Shown in pieces: positions 17,311 through 25,921 of a stretch of DNA of 51,207 nt. The notes under the pieces are model-generated. The model saw nothing but the letters and a program-made list of their open reading frames with translations, made no database searches and was not told the origin of the DNA. The stretch is taken from the NCBI GenBank assembly GCA_964542205.1, contig CAZITM010000002.1:1-51207 (forward strand), given 5' to 3'. Both the position numbers and the translations under genes were made by a program. The stretch comes from an uncultured Candidatus Nitrosotenuis sp. Its GTDB lineage: Archaea > Thermoproteota > Nitrososphaeria > Nitrososphaerales > Nitrosopumilaceae. The stretch's first letter is position 1. Every line of letters starts with the position of its first letter.

Positions 17311-18738
17311 TTAAGCGTTTTTAGCTGAGACCTGCTCTGCCAGATCAAACTCTTCATGCAGCGCTCTTACTGCAGCTTCGCAGTCGCTGTCCTTGACTAC
17401 AAACGCTAGGTTCAACTCCGAGGATCCCTGTGCAATCATCATTACGTTTACGTTGTTTTTTGCCACAGCACCAAATACCTTGGATGCTACGCCGACGGTT
17501 CCACGCATTCCGGATCCAATCAGGGCTATTATGGATACATCCGCAGTGACGTCTATTTTCTTTATAATTTTCCCAAGCAGGTTCATCTCAAGGGTGTTTA
17601 CGGCCTTGTTGAGGTCATTTTTCTTGACCACAACCGAGATGCTTGACTCGGACGGGCTCTGTGAAATCATCATTATGTTTACTCCTGCCTTTGCAAGCGT
17701 AGAAAATATTGTCGCAGCGGTACCCGGTGTGCCTACCATGCTTCCGCCCCTCATGTCGATTAGGCCGTTGTGCCGAATCACGCTTACGCACTTGACTGTC
17801 CTGTCAGTGGCCTCGTCTGGGGACGCAGTGACAAGTGTCCCCGGGCTGTCCATGTTTAGAGTATTTTTGATCCGCATTGGGATCTTTTTTGAAAGCAGCG
17901 GCTCAAAGGAGCGCGGATGAATTTGCTTTGCGCCAAAAAGAGCCATCTCCATTGCCTCTACGTAGGAGACTTCTGGGATCACAACCGCATCCTTGACTAT
18001 CTTTGGATCGGCAGTCATTAAACCATCAACGTCGCTCATGAGCCAGACCTCGTCTGCCCTGATGCACGACGCAATTATCGTGGCAGTATAATCAGAGCCG
18101 CCTCGCCCAAACGTGGTGATATGCCCATGCTGGTCTGCTCCCGCAAATCCGCCAATTACTGGAATTATTCTCTTTGCAAGCATGGGATCGAGCTTTGCAG
18201 AAACTCGGAGCCTTGTAGTATCCATTAGGGGCTTTGATGAGCCAAAGTTGGAATCTGTGACGATCCCAACTTCCTTGCCAGAAAGTGCAACCGACTTTGC
18301 CCTCATATCCATTATGCTATGTGACATTATCTGGACTGAAAGCCTCTCTCCAAAGGAAAGCAAATAATCGGAAGAACGTGGTGTCACTTCCCCAAGAAGC
18401 ATCATGCCGTGGAGCAGTCCCTTGAGCTCTGCCAGATCTGCATCGAGGTGTTGCATTAGTTTTTTTCTAATTGCCAAGCTAGAGACAGAATCTTTGGCAA
18501 GCTTTATGTGCTGTTTTGTAAGCTTTGCCAGCCCTGAATTTACTGCGTTCTTGTTTGCCTTTTGTATCATCTCTGAGATCTGGATAAGCTGATCAGTTAC
18601 ATCGTTGACTGCAGAGCAGACAACCACCACCTGGTTTTTTTTGGAAAGCGATGTCACGAACTTGGCAACAGACCTGATCTGCTTTGCAGAAGCGAGTGAT
18701 GTCCCTCCGAACTTTACCACTAGTCTCATAGCCGTCAT
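17311..18738 (-). CDS. lysC: Aspartate kinase with two ACT domains
   Basis: VVKFGGTS, GRGGSDYTA, DVDGLMTADP and QGSSELN motifs. Confidence 0.95.
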   Translation of the reverse strand: MTAMRLVVKFGGTSLASAKQIRSVAKFVTSLSKKNQVVVVCSAVNDVTDQLIQISEMIQKANKNAVNSGLAKLTKQHIKLAKDSVSSLAIRKKLMQHLDADLAELKGLLHGMMLLGEVTPRSSDYLLSFGERLSVQIMSHSIMDMRAKSVALSGKEVGIVTDSNFGSSKPLMDTTRLRVSAKLDPMLAKRIIPVIGGFAGADQHGHITTFGRGGSDYTATIIASCIRADEVWLMSDVDGLMTADPKIVKDAVVIPEVSYVEAMEMALFGAKQIHPRSFEPLLSKKIPMRIKNTLNMDSPGTLVTASPDEATDRTVKCVSVIRHNGLIDMRGGSMVGTPGTAATIFSTLAKAGVNIMMISQSPSESSISVVVKKNDLNKAVNTLEMNLLGKIIKKIDVTADVSIIALIGSGMRGTVGVASKVFGAVAKNNVNVMMIAQGSSELNLAFVVKDSDCEAAVRALHEEFDLAEQVSAKNA

Positions 18739-18756
18739 CTCAGACTAGTCCATAAA

Positions 18757-19497
18757 TTAACTTTCGACTCGCGGTGCCAAGTAAAAGTGAATCCTGCCCA
18801 TGTTTGCTACCTTGAACTCTATTCTGAGCGGTTTTGCAGTTGAATACTCGCATATTATCGAGCCTGATGCAGTACCAACTGCCTTGACTATTGGGTTAAG
18901 GTACTCGAGGCTGTAGGTACCGATACTTTCTTCTTTTACTGTAATCTCTGAGAGCTCGTCTTGCTGTTTTTGCAGCGAGATGAGGACCTCGCCAGAGTCC
19001 CCCTTTCCTGAAAATTCTGCCTTTGTGGCTGTCGCCTTTATCGTAAGATAGTCAGACACCACCTGAACGTCGCCTAGGATCTTATCAAACAGGGTAGTCG
19101 CAAGGCCTATCTTTGCGTCGTACGGTATTTTTGGCAGTGGCGTATCTGTCGCGGAGCTTTCGATTAGTCTCATCTTGTACTGCTTGTTCTTTCCAATGGA
19201 GATGAGAAGCATGTTTTCTAAAATGCTTATCTCAACTGACTCAGTTTTATCGGCTCTTTTGATAAGCTTTGAGAACTCGTCGATTCTAACGCCGAACTTG
19301 ATGTCGCCGTCAGACTCGTACTTTTCAAAGGCCGAGTTTGGCCAAGAAATATCAATAAGTGCAACATGTGACGGATCCATCCCCCTGAATGTTATTCCTT
19401 CGGATGTGGCTTCAAAGGTAGCTTCTTCTACCAAAGTAGATATCGCAGAAAGAATCGCCTTCCATTCATCTGAGCCGCTGGTTTTTGCTGAGAACAA
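18757..19497 (-). CDS. pcn: DNA polymerase sliding clamp PCNA
   Basis: MDPSHVAL, YSLEYL and PLRIEF...FYLAPR motifs. Confidence 0.96.
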   Translation of the reverse strand: MFSAKTSGSDEWKAILSAISTLVEEATFEATSEGITFRGMDPSHVALIDISWPNSAFEKYESDGDIKFGVRIDEFSKLIKRADKTESVEISILENMLLISIGKNKQYKMRLIESSATDTPLPKIPYDAKIGLATTLFDKILGDVQVVSDYLTIKATATKAEFSGKGDSGEVLISLQKQQDELSEITVKEESIGTYSLEYLNPIVKAVGTASGSIICEYSTAKPLRIEFKVANMGRIHFYLAPRVES

Positions 19498-19588
19498 AGC
19501 TAAATGTGGTGTTGATACGGTGCCAGTTAAACGTTATGAGATATAGTTCTGTTGTGTCTCGATAACCCGACGGAACCTAAGATATCGA

Positions 19589-19888
19589 TCATGCATAGTT
19601 GCGCCAAGTATGACTGCACTTGCTGCAACGATAAAACTGAGTCGTCGGCTCGTCTGCGCTTCTTGTCTGAAGCATCCACCAGACAGCCTCTCCATGGCCG
19701 CACTTTTCACACTCGATGCTGATGGTGGGAAGAGTTTCATTTCCATGAGGTTCGTCAAAAACCGTAAAATCCTTGTCCAGTTGCACCGTGGTGTTTTTTG
19801 TACCTTGTTTTTCTTCGGATCCTGCATAACCACACTTCTGGCAAGTGCCTTTCTTTAGACGTATGCCACACTTGGGGCAAAACTGCAT
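19589..19888 (-). CDS. tfs: Transcription factor S (TFS/RpoM-like)
   Basis: FCPKC, CEKC and QTRSADEPTTQFYRCSKC motifs. Confidence 0.95.
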   Translation of the reverse strand: MQFCPKCGIRLKKGTCQKCGYAGSEEKQGTKNTTVQLDKDFTVFDEPHGNETLPTISIECEKCGHGEAVWWMLQTRSADEPTTQFYRCSKCSHTWRNYA

Positions 19889-20170
19889 CTAGTCACCTTT
19901 GAGTTTTGAGTAGACGGCCTGCTTTAGATCTTCTGCAAACTCGGAAGCCGAGGCCGTCGCCTTTTCTATTTCCTTGATGGGGTTGCCCTTTGCGGAATTT
20001 ACCCGCATCCGGTACTCGTTTGTGAGTGGATGCCTTAGAATAACGCCTGCAAACTCCACCTGCTGGTCCTTTAGGAGCTCGTGCTGGATAATATACAGCG
20101 TACCGATATCCGAGTCGCGGATGGACAGATTCGTCTCCTTTGGGGAAGTCTTGACTATTTGGGCATTCAT
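19889..20170 (-). CDS. rpoL: RNA polymerase subunit L (Rpo11)
   Basis: Start re-assigned to the ATG at 20170 (MNAQIVK). 'GTL..IQHELLKD..VEFAG....HPL' motif; adjacent to tfs. Confidence 0.85.
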   Translation of the reverse strand: MNAQIVKTSPKETNLSIRDSDIGTLYIIQHELLKDQQVEFAGVILRHPLTNEYRMRVNSAKGNPIKEIEKATASASEFAEDLKQAVYSKLKGD

Positions 20171-20214
20171 TATATCGGAAAACAACTTATTGTGGATATA
20201 AATCATCGTGCAAC

Positions 20215-20754
20215 ATGGGAAGCGAAAAAACATACATTTCCGAGATAACTCTAACAAAAGACAGAGACGAATATACCAAAAATGACGACATTGTAATCGG
20301 CATCAAGTTCTCAATCCAGGGGGGGCTTAGGGATGCATTTAACGAAAAAAACTGGACGGAGTCTTACAACAAATTTGATAACCTATTCAAGCTAAAATAC
20401 GGAATAAAACTTGCCTCGGGTGGGCTAAGAAAGCGCACACTAAAAGAAATAGACACATACAGAAAGGCGTCGCTTTTTTGGACGCGAAACCCAAAGCTCG
20501 TAAATCCCATGAAGGAAAAGCGAGTCTGGGTTCAGGTCGCAAAAAACTTCGAGCCGTTCATAAGACTCACAGAAGATGACGTGCGGGCGGAGTTGTTTGA
20601 TTTTGACGAAAAAATAACAATAAAGGCCTCTGAGCTTGGGTCTGGAAAGCACAAGATCGGAGCCGAGGTATATGCATCTTGGCAAAAACACCACTTTACA
20701 GAACCTGACAGCGTAAAGAATGGCTCAAAGGAAATAGAGATAACCATCAAGTAA
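20215..20754 (+). CDS. Conserved hypothetical protein
   Basis: 179-aa ORF in a gene-sized slot with host-like codon usage. Confidence 0.75.
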   Translation: MGSEKTYISEITLTKDRDEYTKNDDIVIGIKFSIQGGLRDAFNEKNWTESYNKFDNLFKLKYGIKLASGGLRKRTLKEIDTYRKASLFWTRNPKLVNPMKEKRVWVQVAKNFEPFIRLTEDDVRAELFDFDEKITIKASELGSGKHKIGAEVYASWQKHHFTEPDSVKNGSKEIEITIK

Positions 20755-20781
20755 TATAAGATACTTCAGAGGGGAAAATCC

Positions 20782-20934
20782 ATGGCAAAATATGATGGAC
20801 TCTTGGGCCAGCCGGTACTTGAGGTAGAGGAACCTGACGCAGAAGGTGGAGTTACCCTTATTTTCAAGGACAACAGGTTCCTGTTCATCAAACTAGTCGA
20901 CGGAAAAATAGAGACAATATCGATTCCTGAGTAA
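20782..20934 (+). CDS. Small hypothetical protein (50 aa; below the ORF-track cutoff)
   Basis: MAKYDGLLGQPVLEVEEPDAEGGVTLIFKDNRFLFIKLVDGKIETISIPE*. TAATATAAG at 20752-20760; fills the gap up to the convergent phosphatase gene. Confidence 0.7.
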   Translation: MAKYDGLLGQPVLEVEEPDAEGGVTLIFKDNRFLFIKLVDGKIETISIPE

Positions 20935-20937
20935 ATG

Positions 20938-21435
20938 TCATCTCGTTTTTAGGAACTTTTCATATGTGGAGATTGCTATTTCCTGCGACTCTGACTGGAT
21001 AGAGCCCGGCCTTTCCTCTCGAACCTTTTCGATTGCTTCTTTTGCAGACATCTTTTGGTATTTGATGAGATAGCACGCAAGTATGGTGCCGGTCCTGCCA
21101 ATCCCTGCTGCGCAGTGCACCATCACAGGCTCTTTGTTTCTTATTTTTTCCTCAATAAAGTTTACTGCTGTATCGATCTTTTCAATGTCAGGCGCAGAGA
21201 GATCCTCCGTTGGGACATGCAGGTATTCCAGCCCCTGGATCCAAGAATCTGGCAAGCCCTCCTCTGTCATTGTGACAATTGATCTTACTCCTTGCTTTGT
21301 TATCCAGTTTATTTCCTCGTAGCTTGTTGGCATCCCAGAGCCTGCCAGCATGTCTTTGAGGAGCCAAGAGAAGTTGGTTGGCCTCTTTGCTATTCTTCCG
21401 TGAATCTTGCGCCAAAGGTTTCCGGGTTTGCTCAT
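20938..21435 (-). CDS. Dual-specificity protein phosphatase (DUSP23/Cdc14-like)
   Basis: VHCAAGIGRTG (HCx5R), NFSW and RPGSIQ motifs. Confidence 0.93.
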   Translation of the reverse strand: MSKPGNLWRKIHGRIAKRPTNFSWLLKDMLAGSGMPTSYEEINWITKQGVRSIVTMTEEGLPDSWIQGLEYLHVPTEDLSAPDIEKIDTAVNFIEEKIRNKEPVMVHCAAGIGRTGTILACYLIKYQKMSAKEAIEKVREERPGSIQSESQEIAISTYEKFLKTR

Positions 21436-21510
21436 TTGGAGTCTTGTTGGAATCTCAGATATTTAGAATGTGAGATTCTTTATATTAGCTAGACGCATAA
21501 TAGTACGGTT

Positions 21511-22569
21511 TTGAACAAAGAAGCTATTCTATATGACAAGCTACCGGGCAGCAAAGTCCGCTGTACTGCATGTGCTAGATACTGCGAAATAAAGGATGGG
21601 CAAATCGGACTCTGCGGCATACGTGGAAACGTGGGCGGCAAGCTGGACCTGTTTGTGTACGGAAAGGTAATCACGGGAAACGTAGATCCCATTGAAAAAA
21701 AGCCCGTAATTCACTACATGCCAGGCACAAGAATCTTTTCAATTGCCACGACTGGCTGTAACTGGCTCTGCAAGTACTGCCAAAACTATGACATTTCCCA
21801 GCGAAGAAAAATCGAGGGAACCGACATGACGCCGGCCCAAGTGGCTCAGATGGCAGTTGACAATAACTCACAAGGAATAGCATACACCTACAACCAGCCT
21901 TCCATTTTCATCGAGTTTGCACGAGACTGTGGCATTGAGGCCCACAAGAGAGGGCTCTTTAACATCTTTGTCTCAAACGGATATGACACCCCTCAGACAG
22001 TAAAAATGATGGGCAAGTTTTTGGATTGCATCACAGTCGACTTTAAGGGAAGCGCAGAGCCTGACTTTACAAGAAAATACATTGGCGTGCCTGACCCAAA
22101 ACCGATCTTTGATACCTTGCTAGAAATCCGCGACAAGACAAAAATCCATGTGGAGATCACGGATCTCATAGTGCCACAGGTAGGAGATAGCCTAGTGCAC
22201 GCAAGAAAGCTCTCCAAGTTTTTGTATGACGAGTTCGGCCCAGAAATGCCAATTCACTTTCTGAGGTTCCACCCAGACTACAAAATGATGGAGTTTCCCC
22301 CAACACCGGTAAAGACACTTGAAAAACATTATGAGGTTGCAAAAAAAGAAGGGCTGGAATATGTCTACCTGGGAAACGTGCCAGGTCATCCGTACGAGCA
22401 CACATACTGCCCCGGATGCAAAAACATCGCAGTTGGGAGATATGGATTTGACATCATGTCTTGGAATCTCGATGAGCACAACAAGTGCAATACATGCGGA
22501 AAGCAGATTCCAATAATCGGGCAACTTGATAAAAACTATAAAAAAAGCAGATTCCAGTTCGTCGTCTAA
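21511..22569 (+). CDS. amrS: AmmeMemoRadiSam-system radical SAM enzyme
   Basis: N-terminal CxxCxxxC...C, DPIEKKP, GCNWLCKYCQN radical SAM triad, RFHPDYKM, YVYLGNV. Confidence 0.88.
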   Translation: MNKEAILYDKLPGSKVRCTACARYCEIKDGQIGLCGIRGNVGGKLDLFVYGKVITGNVDPIEKKPVIHYMPGTRIFSIATTGCNWLCKYCQNYDISQRRKIEGTDMTPAQVAQMAVDNNSQGIAYTYNQPSIFIEFARDCGIEAHKRGLFNIFVSNGYDTPQTVKMMGKFLDCITVDFKGSAEPDFTRKYIGVPDPKPIFDTLLEIRDKTKIHVEITDLIVPQVGDSLVHARKLSKFLYDEFGPEMPIHFLRFHPDYKMMEFPPTPVKTLEKHYEVAKKEGLEYVYLGNVPGHPYEHTYCPGCKNIAVGRYGFDIMSWNLDEHNKCNTCGKQIPIIGQLDKNYKKSRFQFVV

Positions 22570-23207
22570 AAGGCGATTGCGCGCACGGGCGAGCCTGTAG
22601 TACCGCGTAGCTTCAAAGGCAGGGCGGCAAGCCTCAATTTAGTCGACTTTAGCTTGTGCAAATTGCAGAGATTTTCCAAAACTATGACATCGCTCCCAAG
22701 CAGGATGTGATGTGCAGAAAACTTCGAGTTGTTTCCCACGTCGATGCTTGGTGTGTCTATGCCAACCAGGTTTGCCCTTTTTGATGCGAGATATTTTGCG
22801 GCCGACTCTGCAAGGCCTGGGTTTTTTTCAAACAGGTCATCCCTTTCCATCCTGTCATTCCAGCCGGTCGCAAACAAAACGCTGGCGCGTGGCGGTATTA
22901 TCCCATACCTTTTTTCAAATCTTACAATGTCAGACTTTGTGATGGAATAGTTCGGAGCCGATTTTATTTTGACTAGTATGGCGTCACACAAAAAACGGCT
23001 CGGCTCTATCTGGTGGATTTTTTTTCCGCGCTTTACAAAATGATATGGAGCGTCGACATGGGTTCCGGTATGAGTGCTCAAAAAAAGCATCTCTAGGTTA
23101 TAGCCATCTTTTTTGAGCTCATCCCACGGTATAAAGTGCGGCTGCGGAGATCCGGGGAACATCGGAATTTTTTCAGAAATCATCAACGTCAGATCAAGTG
23201 GTTTCAC
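22566..23207 (-). CDS. Cyclase/kynurenine formamidase (KynB-like) metallohydrolase
   Basis: HTGTHVDAPYH, GIDTPSID, ENL and GSPVRA motifs. Confidence 0.9.
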   Translation of the reverse strand: MKPLDLTLMISEKIPMFPGSPQPHFIPWDELKKDGYNLEMLFLSTHTGTHVDAPYHFVKRGKKIHQIEPSRFLCDAILVKIKSAPNYSITKSDIVRFEKRYGIIPPRASVLFATGWNDRMERDDLFEKNPGLAESAAKYLASKRANLVGIDTPSIDVGNNSKFSAHHILLGSDVIVLENLCNLHKLKSTKLRLAALPLKLRGTTGSPVRAIAF

Positions 23208-23283
23208 AAAATTATTCTAGTGACACTTGTATTTTTTCATGATCAAAGATAATAAATAGATCCCACTCAGAATACATTCTACA

Positions 23284-23544
23284 TTGCCTATAGCATTCAT
23301 CCTTTTGAATTCTGATCTGGGTTCTGACCAAGAAATAGTCACGAAAATAAAAGAGATTCTTAGCGTCGAAAAAGGGCTTAAATTCGAAGTCCAGGGCGTA
23401 TATGGCATCTATGATATTGTGGTAAAAATAGAATCGGACAACGCAGACCACCTACGGAGCGTAATAACAAACAAGATACGAAAAATAGACAAGGTCCAGT
23501 CCACCCTTACCATGATGGTAATCGAAGAACAAGAAAAGCTATAG
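23284..23544 (+). CDS. Stand-alone Lrp/AsnC ligand-binding (RAM) domain protein
   Basis: AFILLN, VYGIYDIVVKIE and KIRKIDKVQSTLT motifs; no HTH. Confidence 0.88.
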   Translation: MPIAFILLNSDLGSDQEIVTKIKEILSVEKGLKFEVQGVYGIYDIVVKIESDNADHLRSVITNKIRKIDKVQSTLTMMVIEEQEKL

Positions 23545-24693
23545 TTTTCTGATTGCCTCAACTGTGGCAAGAACTTCTGCACGCGTGTTAAAAAAATGAG
23601 GCGAAACACGTATGATTTTCGTATCAACAATCTCGCGCACTGCAAGGACTATTTTTTGCCTTTCCAAGTCTTCTATGACTTGTTGCGGCTGTTTTTTGTC
23701 CAAGGAAAATGAAACGATGCTGGTTCTTTTTTCTCTGTCTTCTGGGCCATAGAGGGTAACACCGGGCATCTTTGCGAGCTCCTCTCTTAGTAGATCTGCA
23801 AGATCGATTATTTTTTTTCTGATATTGTCAAGGCCCAGACGCAACAAAAACGAAACCGAGTTTTCAAGACCTGCGATCGCTATAAAATTCCTAAAGCCCC
23901 CCTGAAGCCTGTGGGGAAGTTCCCTGTACGCAATCTTATCAGTATCGTATAGCATGGCCGACTCGCCGGCAATCTGTAATGGCTCTAGCATACCGGCAGA
24001 CTCTTTTTTGCAGACAAGCACTCCTATTCCCATTGGGCCGCAAAGCCACTTGTAGCCGTTAAAGACAACAAAATCCGCCCCGGTTTTCGTATAGTCATAA
24101 TCTCCAATGCACCCGACTGTCTGGGCAGCATCCAAAAAGTATGGGATGTTTTTTTCCCTGAGGATTTTGCCTATTTCCTCCACTGGAAGAATTGCCCCTG
24201 TATTGTATAACCCATGGCTCAGCACCACAAGAGCTGTGTTTTTGTCAATCATCTTTTGAAGCTCGGAAATTTCAAAAAACCCGTTTTGATCTGTTGTCAG
24301 ATTCCTCAGCTCTACTCTGTTTGCAAGACGCAGCCATGGATAATAATTGGAGTGGTGCTCATGTGTCGTTCCGCGAATTATAATGTTAGAGTTTTTTTGA
24401 AACGACATTCCGCCTGCAACCGCGTTGATTCCTTCCGTCGTACTTTGTGTGAGCACAACTTCTTCGGGCCTGCATTTTACTAGCCTTGATATGGCCTGCC
24501 TGAGAGCAGTAGATTTCTCTGCAAGAAGGTCTGCAAAATTGTGCGAGTCTGGACCCAACACATTATACCTGATGGTAAAGTCGGCCATTGTCTTCATTGT
24601 CTGAAGTGGGATGAGCGAGGACGAGGCGTTATTAAGATAGATGAGATCGCTTTTTGTAAAATGCTGCGAGACAAACTCGTCATCCAAACTCAT
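23539..24693 (-). CDS. Class V PLP enzyme (cysteine desulfurase/C-S lyase superfamily)
   Basis: Start re-assigned to the ATG at 24693. YLNNA, STTEGIN, EHHSN, DAAQ, GYKWLCGP and RVSPHFFNT motifs. Confidence 0.88.
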   Translation of the reverse strand: MSLDDEFVSQHFTKSDLIYLNNASSSLIPLQTMKTMADFTIRYNVLGPDSHNFADLLAEKSTALRQAISRLVKCRPEEVVLTQSTTEGINAVAGGMSFQKNSNIIIRGTTHEHHSNYYPWLRLANRVELRNLTTDQNGFFEISELQKMIDKNTALVVLSHGLYNTGAILPVEEIGKILREKNIPYFLDAAQTVGCIGDYDYTKTGADFVVFNGYKWLCGPMGIGVLVCKKESAGMLEPLQIAGESAMLYDTDKIAYRELPHRLQGGFRNFIAIAGLENSVSFLLRLGLDNIRKKIIDLADLLREELAKMPGVTLYGPEDREKRTSIVSFSLDKKQPQQVIEDLERQKIVLAVREIVDTKIIRVSPHFFNTRAEVLATVEAIRKL

Positions 24694-24721
24694 TATTAAT
24701 CTGACAATGGACTGATCACTG

Positions 24722-25327
24722 TTGGATAAAAACCAAGCCGCGAACCAAATACACGAGATGATCTTTAGCAAAAACCTTGCCTCTATATCGTTTGATGATG
24801 CAATAACAAAGACGTACTTTTTCCACAAGCTAGGCTTGCTCGAAGAGACACCAACTATCTATCTGGACTTTGACCTCTTGTACAGCGGCTACGTGGCAGC
24901 AAACATTTTGCAGCAAAACGAAAACATCACAATACACAATCTAAATGAAAACACGTGGAAGGAATTGTTTGTAACCGTACTTGAGCAGATCTCAAAGGAG
25001 CAACATCTAGTCATAATCGACTCGCTAAACGGATTCTTTGTGACGCTGTCTGACCAAAAGGACTCTGGGAGAATAATCAACAGCATCCTTGTGCTGCTTG
25101 CAAGCATCGGCCAGAAAACAAACTCCGTAGTCCTTGCAGGAAGTGTCTCCAAATACAAAAAGGACGAAGGTTGGGTCTTGTCTACAATTGGAAGACACAT
25201 ACTCCAAATAGAAAAGATGAATAATTTTTCCGTACGAAAACAAAACTCGCATTTTCAGCTTGCACTGGTAGACAAAGATAACTCGCCAAAGTATGCTTTG
25301 CAAATCGCTGACTTTGATCTAGTGTGA
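24722..25327 (+). CDS. Hypothetical protein with a degenerate RecA/KaiC-like fold
   Basis: IYLDFD and LVIIDSLNGF (Walker-B-like); no Walker A. Confidence 0.6.
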   Translation: MDKNQAANQIHEMIFSKNLASISFDDAITKTYFFHKLGLLEETPTIYLDFDLLYSGYVAANILQQNENITIHNLNENTWKELFVTVLEQISKEQHLVIIDSLNGFFVTLSDQKDSGRIINSILVLLASIGQKTNSVVLAGSVSKYKKDEGWVLSTIGRHILQIEKMNNFSVRKQNSHFQLALVDKDNSPKYALQIADFDLV

Positions 25328-25347
25328 TCAAAAAAGCGATCGGAATT

Positions 25348-25384
25348 TTATAACAGCGTTAAAAATTGTCTAACGCCGTTATAA
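25348..25384. promoter_or_regulatory. 14-bp inverted repeat upstream of the ferredoxin promoter (candidate operator)
   Basis: TTATAACAGCGTTA-N9-TAACGCCGTTATAA (13/14 match); TATA-like TTATATTA at 25404-25411. Confidence 0.55.
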
Positions 25385-25441
25385 TTGCAATTTTTTAGGT
25401 AAGTTATATTAAGATCCAAAAGGTAAGGAATTTTGATAAAA

Positions 25442-25741
25442 ATGCCAGTAGCAATTTTACCAGACATCGGCGAACAGATGTGCATTGGATGCGCTCTATG
25501 CGTAGAAATCTGCACAAGCCTGGGACCAGATGTGCTTAGAGTAAAACCAGTTGAAGGCTGGAAAAGAGGTAAGGCGTTTGTCTTTTACCCAGAAAGATGC
25601 ATCTCCGACGGAGCATGTATTGGCGTTTGCCCAACAAAGGCAATCTTCTGGATGAGACCAATGGACTTTACAGTAGGTCAACCAGTTCCTCTATACAAAA
25701 ATTCAGTCTTCGTTAAGGGCTGGACTGAACTTATCGACTAA
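25442..25741 (+). CDS. Dicluster ferredoxin
   Basis: CIGCALCVEIC and CISDGACIGVCP motifs; ATG at 25442 preferred as start. Confidence 0.92.
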   Translation: MPVAILPDIGEQMCIGCALCVEICTSLGPDVLRVKPVEGWKRGKAFVFYPERCISDGACIGVCPTKAIFWMRPMDFTVGQPVPLYKNSVFVKGWTELID

Positions 25742-25749
25742 GTTCAGTC
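25723..25749 (+). terminator. Perfect 11-bp hairpin over the ferredoxin stop codon (terminator or mRNA-stability element)
   Basis: GACTGAACTTA-TCGAC-TAAGTTCAGTC, followed by T-rich TTTCTTTTT. Confidence 0.5.
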
Positions 25750-25921
25750 ATCAAAAATTTCTTTTTAATTCAAATCCCTAGTCCTAACTTTGCGTTTTAA
25801 TCAAAAAAAACCGATGAATTTGTTGCGCCGGCACTCAAGATCTGCCCGTGACAAGATCTGCAGAGATTCTGCGGGTGGACAAAAACTCTAAAAAATAAAA
25901 AACTGCTCGAGTTTTAGAAAC

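Noticed and set aside
21511-22569. amrS without adjacent amrA/amrB
   Set aside because: The partners are often dispersed in archaeal genomes, and their absence cannot be judged from one window.
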